The position numbers and the translations under genes are program-made. Under the pieces are notes generated by a model, which searched no databases, was not told the origin of the DNA, and saw nothing but the letters and a program-made list of their open reading frames with translations. A DNA stretch of 63,479 nucleotides, filler included, from Sphacelaria rigidula (Eukaryota): assembly GCA_964200075.2 (NCBI GenBank). It is 10 parts of 10 records of this genome, joined end to end, with 100 filler letters (N's around TTAATTAATTAA, not from the genome) between each part and the next. Parts side by side here need not be neighbours in the genome. Positions count along the whole stretch, not along the records: positions 19,077 to 25,334 come from CAXNAA020021181.1; positions 25,435 to 31,692 come from CAXNAA020021182.1; positions 31,793 to 38,050 come from CAXNAA020021183.1; 7 more parts are not named here. The stretch is one strand, 5' to 3'. Numbering within the stretch: position 1 is the stretch's first letter; each line of letters begins with the position of its first letter. Positions 22,761 through 35,322 of this stretch are shown in pieces.

Positions 22761-25700
22761 CACAGCCGGGCGGAATAATACTGTTGTGCGGACGGGTGCG
22801 TTGATGTTCGATTTTTGTGCGGTGAGAGGATGAATACCTTCCAGCAACTTTTTCTGCGTGTCGGATCCCGTGCGCTGGTGACGGTGCAGTATGCGGGATT
22901 TGCCCAGCTGACGCTGCTCGCCATATACCTCTTTTCCCCCAGTCTCTGGATGAAATGGAGGGCAAAGTGAAGATCTATTTCGAGCTTCTTCTGCTGTTCA
23001 AATTCCGAGTCTGCCAGAGTGCGTGGGACTTGCGCAGCAAAAGAAGCTCTTCGAAATAGATCCCTTTTTCGCTCATTTCAAACGTGGGCGAAAAAAGGAT
23101 CGATCTCGAACAGCTTCTTCTGCTGTTCGAAATAAATCCTTTTTTTGCCGAAACATATTAGGCGAAAAAAAAATTGTTTTGAATACCTTGTCCTGCTGTT
23201 TAACATAAATTCCTTTTCGCTCGGTCAAGAGGAATTTACGTCGGACAGGAGGACAAGCTACATGTTGAAAATATATAAATTTACAGATTTTGTACCAAAA
23301 TATTTGGAATTAAAAACAAAAAAAACGTCAGGGTCTTTTACCAAAACACTACCACAGGACTGTGCAGGGCTTTGCCGACGTGCCTACACAGGGCTGTAAA
23401 TCCAACCCTGGGGAAAATCCTATCAAGACCCTACGAGGGGTACAGATTTGGCTTTTTACTGTCAGGATTTTTTCACAAAGACTGTGGAGGACCCTGTACG
23501 GACCCTGCACAGTGCGTCCCGCAGGGTGCTATCTTTCCACGGGTGGCATCCCTGCGCCTGTACTTCAAAGGTGCATCCTGTGAGGGAACGCTATGTTACG
23601 GGTTGCATGATCACATGGATTTTGGCACTCATCTTTGCTGATCGTACACACGTGACCCACAGTGGGGACGTTTGCCGACCTGTTCCTTGTCCAACGCGTC
23701 AACGGCTCATCGCACGGTCTGGTGTGTGCTGCTGACTAAGGCCAAGACAATGTTCAATTGTTTTCAACTGCATTGCTCTCATATTCTCGTGACATCGGCA
23801 GGATAAACGGTGTGCTCATGCTTCCAAATGAACGAGAACCCTGCAACGGGAAACACAGGGGGAAAATACCCCGCCAACAATCATCCTGCTGCTTGAAGTT
23901 CTTCATAAACTTCAAAAGGCTTTTGTGGTTCGGGATCGACACCCCGCGAAGAAGATCCAGTGTGGGCGACTTTTGACGGCCAGAACACGCGCCACAGGTA
24001 TCGGATGACACCTCAAACCTGAAAGGTGATGTACCGCTGCGCCTTCTTCGTGCACTGCAAAAGAAAGCGCGTGATGAGATGCCTCGGCGGCAGAGAAAAC
24101 TCGGCAAAAGTGGAGAATGTGAAATGATACATGTACACACACATGTGTATATATATATATATATAAAAATACACAAGACCAGGAGCAAACATACACCCCG
24201 CAGAGCTCACCAGAGTTTTCGGATTGTCAGTGTTCATTGGTCAAATAATTTCTTGCAACGAAGTAAACTGAAAAATATCCAAAAAATCGGGTTAATTTTA
24301 CTTTTCGAGAGAATGCCCTCGGGCATCTGAGGTCATCGGGACGGAACGGGTAAGGTGCAGAAGCAGACATACGAACCCCGCAAAGCCCACCACACTTTCC
24401 GGTTCTTGTCAGCGTTTTTTCATCAACTTCTTGTAACAAAATCAACAGAAGAAAGTCAAAACAGTGTTCATCGATCAATTTCTCGCGACAAAGTTGACAA
24501 AAAGATCGAAAAAATCATGACAATTATCGAAAAAATGCCCTCCGGAGGGGAAGGGGGAAGGGGGAAGGGGAGAGGGGAGGGGGGCGTGTCCGAACTTTTC
24601 TCTCTGTCCCTGATTTGTCTGTTAAATATAGATTACATGGGCACAAATGTGTTGTCACTCTGCTCGTCGTCTACGCCGCCTGCCTAACCCCTCCTGTGTT
24701 GCCAGCATTGCTTCAGTCTGTATTGTGGGACACTAGGCAAAAACACTACCAAAATGCACTAGACTTGTTCAGTAGAGAGCGATGGCACGCTGTTTCTTGC
24801 CGTTGTATCGATTTTCTCTCTCTGCACGCAATAGGTTATTCCGAACCAACATCTTTGTAGTTGCCCAACATCCTCACGATCATGGGAAAAGGCGGTTGGT
24901 GTGTCGAGAGAAGAGTTGTTGTGAACCTCAAATGTGGCATAGTCCATCCCAGTCCACCTGCGAGGGGGGTTACTGTTTAGGGGTAACGTTGCTGTATACA
25001 ACTGTCCTTCCTCCTTTCTCATAATTGAATCGGCATCGTTTTCGGGTCGTTTGTCAACAATTTTTCAACAGATTCTGTAGGTCACGCACAATATTCAGCT
25101 GATGAGAAGCTACAGCCTATTCTTCAAACAATGACCGGTGCCATTAACGCAACGCGCATAACGATCACTCGTTTCCGCCCATATTCGAAGTTGATCGGCG
25201 AAGCGCGGCGGCGCAAGCCGCCGAAACCCTTGATACATCCCAAGGGGCCCTACAGACTGGAAAACGGTTTATAACCCCCCCCCCCCCCCGGGAAAAAACA
25301 AGGGAAAAAAAAGAAAAAAAAAAAAAAAGAAAAANNNNNNNNNNNNNNNNNNNNNNNNNNNNNNNNNNNNNNNNNNNNTTAATTAATTAANNNNNNNNNN
25401 NNNNNNNNNNNNNNNNNNNNNNNNNNNNNNNNNNGTGGTGGCCAGAGACGGCGAAACAGGACGGGGATAAGATGTGTAAACGGTTCTTGTGTAGTGTATG
25501 GAAGAAATGATGTTTGAGGTGTCTCTATGAGAAGTAGAAACGGTGCTTCGTCTCGAAAGGGATGCGTGGTCATTGGCCAAACAACTAAGGCAAGCAACAA
25601 ATGAGTACGCCCCCCACGTTTCCGCTTCGGGTTCCTTTTTATTTCCCCTCTGCGTTGCCAGGTCTGGTATTTTGGTCTGCCTACTCGCTTGCTCGCTTGC

Positions 25701-26439
25701 GTGTTTGCTTGCTGGTGTGCACTGCGTACTTGCCTGCTTCTCGCTTCTTTTTTCTGCTGGTGGCTCACTGTCGAACGTCTTATGAGACTCGCTAATTCAA
25801 TGTGCTACTTTCTCGATCGTATGCGTGTTCTGTCCGTTCGTCTGTTTGTCTACAATTCTTGTGCAGCCGTGGGCCCCTGGCCTTTGGACCTTCGGTACCG
25901 ACCCTGTTCTGGCTTCTCTGAAATCTATTTTCATTGTGCTTACGGCTTCCGTGCCCTGCCTCTTGAAATTGACTTTGTCCTAACCTTAATCCGTGAAAAA
26001 CATTTTCGGCACCGCAATTATATATTGCCGCTACTATAGTTCCACCCACTCCCCCCTCCGCGCGCCCACTATTCTGCCCTCTAAACGTAGCGGGGGTGCG
26101 GTGCGGGGGGGGCCGGTGGACCGGTGGAAAACCGGCACAAAATCGCACGGCAGAGTTGGAGGAGTAGGGAAGCTCAGTGGATCCGTAGCTGTTTCTTTTG
26201 TCGGCGTACGATAATTGACGATATATCTTGACTTTGTGTTTCTCTTTTTCGAGTCGGCATGCGGGCCATCTTGATATTTTGATGCTGACGTGGAGGAATA
26301 TCTACTTTGCGGGGCGCCACTTACTTGTTCTTGTATGTGACACGATACTCTTGTATCGTTGTGCCGTTCTTTTGTGCCCCGCTTTGTGACCACGTGCGCC
26401 AGATTCTGGGGAAGAGCTGATGTTACACTTTCTATGACA

Positions 26440-26667
26440 CACCCCTCCAAAACTAGCCCAAAAGTGTCACGAAACAAATGATCATACAACGCCTGATCTT
26501 TGGGTCCAGGCTGCATGAAGCGCCTCATATGGGCGACATTGGCGAGAACGAACCCAAGCGTGGGAATTCCCGGCTGCTCGTTGTGCTCGCTTTTTTACGT
26601 TTCGATTTCAATAAAGATTTTGCCTCCCCAAACCAGGCATTTGTTTTGGGGGTGGGGCTATCGTAGG
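26440..26667 (+). repeat. Dispersed repeat family F (reverse copy at ~47065-47290)
   Basis: GGCTGCATGAAGCGCCTCAT...GGGAATTCCC...GGGGCTATCGTAG shared between the two copies. Confidence 0.75.
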
Positions 26668-27748
26668 AAGTGCCATGCGAGTAACAACAACGGCGACGAC
26701 AACGACATAGAAACACATACTTGACGATTTTGATTGTTTACCGAAGCCGATGAAGCAGGAGAGCAGAGGGCAGGGCGCAAAGGTACCAAAGCTGATGAAG
26801 TGGGAGAAACGTGCGAAGGACGCAAAGGTATACACGAAAAACAAAAATCCGTCACCACAGTCAACAAGGCAGAAAAAAGAATAGGAATAACCTCGGCGTA
26901 AAGGAAAATGATGACTAAAATAAAACATAGTCAAGAGTCGAGGATAATAGTCAAGTTTATGATTCAGTTTTAGGAAAGAAATAAACGAGAAAGGCGTGAG
27001 AAGTAGCACAAGATGATATGCTCAAATGAAGTGTCAGCGAGTACATGAGCAAAAATGGGAGACAACGCAAAGGAGCCGCTCGTCAGAAGTGAATTCAAAG
27101 GGTGCAAGAGCGCGATACACGCGACAGTGTTGGAAAAGCAAAACGCGATTTCATGGGGATACGTGAAATAAGTGCATGCGAGGCTTAAAAAACGCGATTC
27201 ACTTTCGATATATACACCGGAGCCTACTGGAAGGGGGACGTAAAGTCGTTTCCAAAAGCCCCATGGACACATATCTATTCTGTGAAAAAGGCCTCCACGG
27301 GATAAGAAATTCAGCGGGATGGCATGAAAGGAGGACAAGCAGCATTATGTCATACCATATGATGGACCGCAAATGAGCTTCACAGAGAGAAAATGTGATA
27401 ACTTCGAACAGGGAACGTAGTAAACCTTCTTTTGGGTAAACCTTCCCTAGACGTATGAGATGTGAAAGCCAGAATAGCGATATACATGGACCCTCAAGCT
27501 GTCCACGGGGGGATTGCAGATATAAACCACTGAGACGGTAAAAACCTGGGCCCGATGTCGTTCAGTCCGTGGTCTCGCGGCGGTGGGGTGCTTGAATGAA
27601 GTGCCCTTTACTTCATCTTCAATTCACCCACAAATTCCCGTCAACAGCATCCGCCCACCATTACAGGTTCGGCAGTACTATTGCTTCGTCGTCAATAAAT
27701 GCATTGCCCCCCACTGGATGTTGTGCCTAGGCCTGTAGTACGTCTCAC

Positions 27749-27829
27749 CTCCATCCTCTCCTGCGATGTTGCTGGTGAAAGTCGTACCGCCATCGATGAT
27801 CATATTGCCGTCACTTACGCAGATAGCAC
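27749..27829 (-). CDS. Single 81-nt symmetric exon encoding a polymorphic-outer-membrane-protein-like GGA(I)...FxxN repeat
   Basis: CTACAG|G-AICVSDGNMIIDGGTTFTSNIAGEDG-G|GTGAGA; phase 1-1. Confidence 0.7.
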
Positions 27830-28531
27830 CTGTAGCGAGAAGCCGACGCACGCAGAATGAGTATGTACCTGAGTGATCGGATCTTATATCTGCAACGCAA
27901 CAATCGGAATGCACAGCGTGAGGTGGGGATCGCCACGGTGACATTTCTTGCCTCTCAATGCTCTTAACTGCACACCCATCATGTCTCAGCGATGGATAGC
28001 AACGTAGAATCTGAACGAAATTGATGGTTGCGAATGTTTCCGCGCTGGAAATACGGTGGATAGTTCGGAGCTCTGCGAACGTTCGTCGGAAGGCGAAGTT
28101 GTTGCCATCTTCATTAATGGTACTCGGGAGCTTTCCTCTTCTGAGCTTCACTCAAACTGGGAGCGATGTCGTCATAATGTAGTGTCGCTGGTCGCGTAGC
28201 GCACAGTTGTACTTCGTTCGAGCATGCACCTCGGGATCTGCGACAACATTTAGTAAGGTGCGTGCTGTCTTCGCGTAAAACAAGTACCGAGATGTGCGCA
28301 GCTCTGCTGTGTCCTTTCCTGTTGCGACTGTGGATCGTCGGGTCGTCCTCATGTACGATATTATCCTTTCGCGGCGCAGAGGATCACAAGCTCCAGAACA
28401 GGAAGCCGTTGGTTTGGCGATCTTTTCGTATGGTTTTGGACTCATATATTCCTGATGGCTTATGGTGCCCTAAATCCAAAGCGGCCTCCGATCTGGGCCA
28501 GCCGAAAAGCGAATTTGTAGTTTGCAGGCTC

Positions 28532-28792
28532 ATTAGCCAGCCAATATTTACAGTTGGACTCTAAAATTTGGTATGGACAATGAATAGGGCATAAAAACAA
28601 ATACCAGTGCACACGACTTTTGTTTTCATTATTTAGAGGCATTGTACTGATACCTAAAACCTGAAACCTGATTATTGCCATTGACTCATGGGGAAAGAAA
28701 AAACTTGTGTGCACTGGTGTTTGGTTTTATTATGCCCTATTCATTGCACATGCCAAATTTCAGGGTCCAACTCTGAATACTGGCCGGCTAAT
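28532..28792. repeat. Inverted repeat, ~90-bp arms (probable MITE interior)
   Basis: 28532-28620 is the reverse complement of 28700-28792; G:U-type and A:C-type mismatches about equal (5 vs 4 by hand count). Confidence 0.7.
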
Positions 28793-30479
28793 GGGCCGTT
28801 CAATGACGGGGTCGGTAGAAATTCAGAACAGTATTTTGCAGGCCACTCACCGGCTCACGTTTGGTGTTTGTGTAGTGAAACTATGCGCGGGCCCTCGCGA
28901 GGGCATAATAAACAAAAGAAAGTGGGTCAGATTGTTTTATTTCACTGGTTTAGGGCGTTCACGTATGGAAACAACCACCGTTTTACGAACGAAAACGCCC
29001 GAATCTCTCCAATGGAAAGAATGAGCGCCCAATTTTCATTCGGCATACCTCTGTGGCTCTTGATGCTGAGTTTCGTGTCACATTCTAAAATTTGAGGCAA
29101 AAAATTGAGATAAGGCCCACGAGCAGTGTTCATTTGTCCTCAAAGCTGCCCGAAAAACGGATTAAAAAAAAAAACAAGAAAATGAACAGGCTGTCTTTCT
29201 TAGCTTCATTATGCACCGTCGGTTCTTCACACGAAATTTCATGGCATCACTATTAAAAACTGAGACGATATATCCAGATTTAGTTCATCTAGCGCCTCCG
29301 CTCGTAATATGTATTGGTTTGAGTATGAAACTTATGTGCGCCATATCTCGAGATATATGACGAGTTAGGTGGAGGTGAGGGTACCTATCGTCTCACCGTA
29401 CTCCAGGGAATGTCCACACCAAAAACCGTCGTCACTCGCGGAATATAGATTTGAGTATGGGCGCTATCTCCGTTAGGTATAGGAATTACTATAGGAATTA
29501 CTAGACATGGGGTTTAATCAACGAGAAAATATTGGCCCAGACTTTTGAGCAGATGGGCACCTTCCCCTTCATTAGACAATTAATACAATATGAGGATCAT
29601 GGCTCAACTTGTCTGTGTCGATGAGATGTTTCTTTGAGAGCTTAAATCTGTTTCTAGGCTGACCCAGTTCGTAGCATTGACGACAAACCCGTATCTTTTC
29701 TGAGTTTAGGTTGTGCAACACAGTACAAATATATAAAAAAACGGTTTGGGTATAACGACCTAGTTACATACACTGAGGTACACTCTGACACTTCAACGTC
29801 CTCGATATAGTTGATAGATTGCCCTGTGTCCAGGGCGCTTCCAAGTTCAATTTATTTCGGTGTTTGAGACGTTGACGTCTCGGATTTCGGCGGTAAACCC
29901 GGAGTGGTCTCGACTGGGCCCTCTTCTCTCAAATGAAGGTGTGCTCGTAACTAGTTTTGTATTCAGACGTGGTTTTTATCTCCTTACGGTAGGTAGTGGA
30001 GGGACTGGTGGACTCGTTTCAGTATCAAACCGCCCAGGTACCATCATGTAAATGCTTCGTTTTGTGTCTCGTTCGAATCACGTGTCGCATGAAAAACTAC
30101 CTGTACTGCAGTATGGTTGCGTCCTTGCATCCCTTGCCGAAAACTACGGTCCCCGCGCCTCGTACGCTGTACAGTCCAGGGTGATCAGAGCATGTCGGTG
30201 GCGTTTATTTCATGCATATCCGTTCTTGAACTGGCACGGTATACTAGCTCGTACAGCACGGAGCATGCGGCAGTACTAGATCGAAAAACTAATCTTCATC
30301 ATCCGCTTCATCGATCGTTCGGGGTTTCGTGTAGAGTTTAATGTGGACGCTATCTCCGCTAGGAATAGGAATTATTATACATGGCGTTTACTCGACAAGA
30401 AAAAAAAATGACCCAGATTTTTGGGCAGATGGGCACCTTCCCCTAGATTTGTACGATATGCGGATCACGGCCCAACTCG

Positions 30480-30950
30480 TCTGTGTCGTTGAGATATCGC
30501 TTTGAGAGCTTAAATCCGTTTTTTGGCTGGCCCAGCTCGTAACAAGAACACGAATGGGGTAGAAATGCTGAAGTTCCTTGAGCATAACAAGATGAAGACG
30601 CTGAACGGTAGAGCACACAAGCCAGAGGCGCAATAGACATGGACTAGGGAATGCAAAAACAAGATAGAACGCTCCGTTCTTGACAATATAGTCGTAGATC
30701 ATGGAAATAGTAAATACATTAATGACGTTGAGATTTGGCTTTGAGAGCTTAAATCCGTTTTTAGGCTGGCCCAGCTCGTAACAAGAACACGAATGGGGTA
30801 AAAATGCTGAAGTTCCTCGAGCATAACGAGATGAAGACGCTGAACGATAGAGCACACAAGCCAGAGGCGCAATAGACATGGACTAGGGAATGCAAAAACA
30901 AGATAGAACGCTCCGTTCTTGACACTATAGTGGTAGAGCACGGAAACAGT
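30480..30950 (+). repeat. Tandem duplication of a ~240-bp unit; related diverged copy at ~29460-29680
   Basis: TTTGAGAGCTTAAATCCGTTTTT...AGAACGCTCCGTTCTTGACA occurs twice with near identity. Confidence 0.85.
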
Positions 30951-30959
30951 AAATAAATG

Positions 30960-31620
30960 AAAGTACATGTATGCGCGGAGGACGTAGGAACTGCAGATCA
31001 TGGGCTAATATGGACAGAAAGCCAACAAACGAGAGCCAGAAGAAATTGGCGGGGAAGGAAGTTGTACCAGTGGAAAATCGGCAAACTAGATATGAAAGAA
31101 AAACAGTAAGAGTTCCACGAAAAGATGGACAAGAATGCAGTGACATTTTATGAGCTGTTGGAACGCGTAGGTACAGTCGATACCGAAATGGAAAGAAATC
31201 GGGAAGGAGCGAAGATTATAGAAGGATGGGAACAGTTGGCCAAGAACACAGCGAGTAAAGCCATAGGGAACAAACTGATCGTATGAAACAGCGCAGTAAA
31301 ATAGTGCGATGACAAGGTGAAAGAGGCTATCAGAGTAGGGAGAGAGTCCCACGCGAGTTGCATATCGAGTAAAACTACGGTAGGGTGAGAGGAGTATACT
31401 AAAGCTCGAAAGAAAGTAAAGATGGTACAGAAGAAAAAGAAGGGAGTACGGGAAGGTGTAGTGAATAAAACAAACGAAGATTTCGATGGCGGGACGAAAC
31501 AAGTGTGAGTAGGGATAAAGGGATTACGGGAAATCAGGCAGGAAAGAGAGACAACGAGATAGGCACACTCCGGGCGTGGAACGGTGAAATGGTCAGCAGT
31601 TCAAAGGGGAAGAGAGAAGT
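30960..31620 (+). mobile_element. Degenerate non-LTR retrotransposon (LINE) ORF2 fragment, region between endonuclease and RT
   Basis: Purine-rich frames with stops: DDKVKEAIRVGRESHA...EEYTKARKKVK...VNKTNEDFDGGTKQV*VGIKG...NGEMVSSSKGKREV, typical of the LINE ORF2 tether region. Confidence 0.7.
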
Positions 31621-31859
31621 AACAACAAATTGTGCGAATTAAGGTTCAACTCCGAGATGAGGTTCAAGCCTAAAACAGTGCTTCCCCCACACNNNNNNNN
31701 NNNNNNNNNNNNNNNNNNNNNNNNNNNNNNNNNNNNTTAATTAATTAANNNNNNNNNNNNNNNNNNNNNNNNNNNNNNNNNNNNNNNNNNNNACCGTGGT
31801 GGCTGGTTCCCGTACGGAACGTTCCCGAAGTGACAAATCGTTCACGAGAGGAGCCTTGG

Positions 31860-32555
31860 AAATTTCCGGTATATCGCATCGAAATATCGTATCGTATCGA
31901 GTATCGTCCCGATTGCTGGATTCCGATACGATACGATACGATACGATACTTCGATGAATCACCACTTTGAACCCCCCAAAGCATGCACGAAACCCCCACA
32001 ACGCAACGGGTGGGGCACTACCTTGACGCGCACACATAGCAGCGTATAGTGCACACAGCACACTGCACTAGACAGCACACGGCATTGACAAAGCAACCTC
32101 ACTGCAGCCGGAGATTTTTGGTCGGTCCAAAGTCTAGAGTTCCAAGAAGTTTTTAACACAGCGGCTTTTGGCTATGCAGTAGTAGCTAGTAGTAGCGTCG
32201 TAGCCTTGTTTTTCTTGGGGGCGCTCGCGTGTGGGGGACTGCGGAGTGCCGTCGAAAAGATGAAACACCAAAAACTCTGAAACAACGTATAATTTTACCT
32301 ACACGTCCACACACAATATATATATATATATATATATTGAAAAACTGGTGAAACACTTGGCACGGCTGGGTTTATTATATGGTAAAAATTGATGGGAAAT
32401 GAAGCGAAAACGTCCCAATTTTCTGGCTCCGGCGGCGCCTCCAGCGGGGCCCCCTCACCAGCCGGGGGGGCCCAAGGGGCTCGCCGATAAATTTCGGCTT
32501 CGTCGACATTTATCGATATCGTATCGAACTAATTGATGGAATGATATCCAACACT
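31860..32555. mobile_element. hAT-like non-autonomous element with GATAC/GTATC subterminal repeats (left end probably off-contig)
   Basis: Ends GATATCCAACACTA, the same TIR as 34628-34736. Confidence 0.55.
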
Positions 32556-32589
32556 ACTACGAGTACCAGTATCGCGGTCTACAGGTTAA

Positions 32590-32689
32590 CCCTTAAAACG
32601 GCGAGAGCGGGTCATCTGTTTTATCCGCATCCAGTTCACCTGAAAAAAAGTATGCATGATGCAGATGGACTACTCTCGAGGTCTAAGGG
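32590..32689. mobile_element. 100-bp piggyBac-like MITE
   Basis: TTAA|CCCTTA ... TAAGGG|TTAA: CCC/GGG termini with a TTAA target duplication and imperfect longer TIRs. Confidence 0.7.
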
Positions 32690-34627
32690 TTAACCCCGCT
32701 TTCGGTAAGCTGTACGATACTATACTGTAGTGTCGGAAGGCGGGGTGGGGGGAGTGACGGCGGAATGAACAAAAAAAACAGCCTCATCCTTGGCCGAGGT
32801 TGGGGAAAAACCCGCTTTCTTGTTGCCGGGGGTTCGCATGTAAGGCAGGTCAAGATAGACAATGGCAACCCCTTTGCTATTGGGGAGAATGTTGTGACAA
32901 ACCTAAAACGTCCGCCTTGTCGATGGTCCCACCTTGTTGGGTGTCGCCTTAACACGGGTCCACCACAGTATCCGATTGCCGTAGCACGGGGATGTGGTGA
33001 TATCGTCGTGTCCACTGCCGTGCTGAAAAACAAAAACTGTTCCTAGAAAATCACCGATAGTTGATTGTTGGACCACATTCGCGATATCAGCACGGGTGAC
33101 AGATGACAACAGTGCTCTCTCTGCTCTAGTACAGACGGTAAGTACTGTTTTGTCCCTCTCATTCCGTATACTCGTACGGAGTAGATGACAAGATGTTTCT
33201 CCGTTCGCGAGTCCACCCGTCGACATCAAGGCAACACGACACCAATCAACAAAGCAAAGACTCGGCATTAAAAAAGTGAGAGTGCATCGAAAGGCAAGCG
33301 CTTATTACTGTTTGTTGTGTAGTCTCTCGGTGCATTGCCGCATATAGAGCTTTTGAACTTTTGTGCAGTACCACCGGTGCTATGCCGTTGCAGTGGCAAC
33401 GCGACGTTGATAACATAGTGCCACAGACGGCATAATAAGATGACGGGCTAGGCCAATATGACGCTTTCGCCAACCTGTATTTTCTCAAACGTGGCGGGTT
33501 GCCAAACCACCTAAAGATTGTGTCGTTGAGAAAATATTGCCTTTTCCCCCCACGTATGAGCTCTATTCGCTGTGCAACGATATTCTCCGCCGAGAAAACC
33601 GAGCTTCAACTGCGCTGTCTCCTACTGTATATATCACGGGGGTGTTATACCAGGTACACTTCGACCGAAGATGTTGCAGTTGTGGCAGAATACTCACCTT
33701 TTTCCGCACAGTAGATCAAGACGGGGATATCGACAGATGAGTGCAGCTCGCTGGAATTAGCAGAAGTCAAGTAGATCTATGATCACCGGTGTATCGTGCA
33801 AAATAGCTCTGTACCGGAGACAGGAGCTTGCTCTCCAACCCAGCATCGATGGGTTGATCACTTTTGTGACCTCTCTGTACATGCTCTGAGCATCATCTAA
33901 CGCGCGGTCTATGATATATGTCATTATTATATTGATTTGAAATGACTTACGTCTCGGCTCTTCTGCCCTTCAACCTGCCTTTGATACTGACTGTGGGAAA
34001 TTAGCAAAGGAGATCGCTATACAACTGACTTGGTCGGTGGAAACTGTAGGTGAGTGCACACGGCGGAATGGAAGCGAATACCTGTTTCATTTGGATGTGT
34101 ACGCGCGTGCATAATGCGTGTACAGCACGGCTTGGGCGACTACGACCCCGTCCGGCAAGTGCAACGTACGGGGGGTATAAGAGCGCAAACGGCATCGAAC
34201 TTCAGCATAGATAACTATACGTTACGTTATCATAGGTCCTGTGATAGCTCGTGTATGTAGATGGAATTACCCCTCTTTTGGTAGAGAAACTGACGGTTCG
34301 ATACTTCGCCGCGACTGGGGTGTTGTATATCCGGTGTCTATAGCTGTCACTTTTGCGCAAGATTGGAGAAACTTCTAAACTGTTTTTCGGGGTCATTATT
34401 GTGCGCTATACTAGAGCAGCACCCGTAGTGCCGGGTTCTTAGAACCCTAACGTGTCCGTATATGGTACACACGCGCGCAAGCCGGTTGCCAAGTCATGGA
34501 CACGCATCAATAGTAGCCAATTGGCGGCATCTGGCCAAAAGTGACGGCAACACGCTTGGTAACAGATTACCTGATCGCCGAACCGGAACAACGAACGAGG
34601 GGTAACAAAAACATTGTTGACATCTAG

Positions 34628-34736
34628 CAGTGTTGGATATCGTATTAAAAGTTTCGATATATCGTATCGAAATATCGTTATCGTTATCGCATCGAAAACA
34701 TCGTCGAAGTGAAAAATGGTTCGATATGCAACACTA
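34628..34736. mobile_element. 109-bp hAT mini-MITE
   Basis: TIR CAGTGTTGGATATCG / CGATATGCAACACTA; perfect 8-bp TSD ACATCTAG. Confidence 0.85.
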
Positions 34737-35322
34737 ACATCTAGGCTTTCTTTTCGCATTTTTGTTTTTTATGCGCGTTTTTCCACATGTTTTTATGTTC
34801 AAAAGTTAACATTGTGGGCCGATTCATGTGTATTTTGGTGAAATATACGCGTCCTCTGCGCCTTTTTCGCTTCCTTCACGGTTCCTGGCGGGTTCCTGGC
34901 GGCACCGCCCATGGAATGTACCTTTCAGTAAGAAAACAAGACGACACGTTGAGCATATCGAAATTCAATTTTCAACATAAAGTAGCTCGCACACAGCACC
35001 ATAACCGATATCAGATCCGCAACAAATCTAAAAAAAAAAAAATTACGGACACAAACGCCACGTCTTCACGAACCACGCCACATGGAGCACCCGTGGGCAG
35101 CTACTAGCTGCTGGACATGGGGTGCATAATCCCTTTGGAGTACTATATATGCGCCGAGCCATGCGTAAAACTTAGCTTTCATGCCTTTGTTATGCTGAAT
35201 CTCCAAAACCATATGTTTAAAAATAAAACGCTCATGCTTATGCGCAACACTCCGTTTTGTGCGAAATTGTATGCGCGCATAAAAAGCGAAAGCCAATTGA
35301 CATCGCACTCGTCAGTGTGAGG

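Noticed and set aside
25099..25130. CTGATGA-GAAG...CTTC-AAA hammerhead-like core
   Set aside because: Essential G of GAAA missing and stems I and III not found
26700..27420. Purine-rich stretch with DNAKE, suggesting an integrase relic
   Set aside because: Only a five-residue resemblance; no other DDE motifs recognisable
32840..33900. Protein-like minus-strand frames
   Set aside because: Many stops and no recognisable domain; cannot be supported without a search
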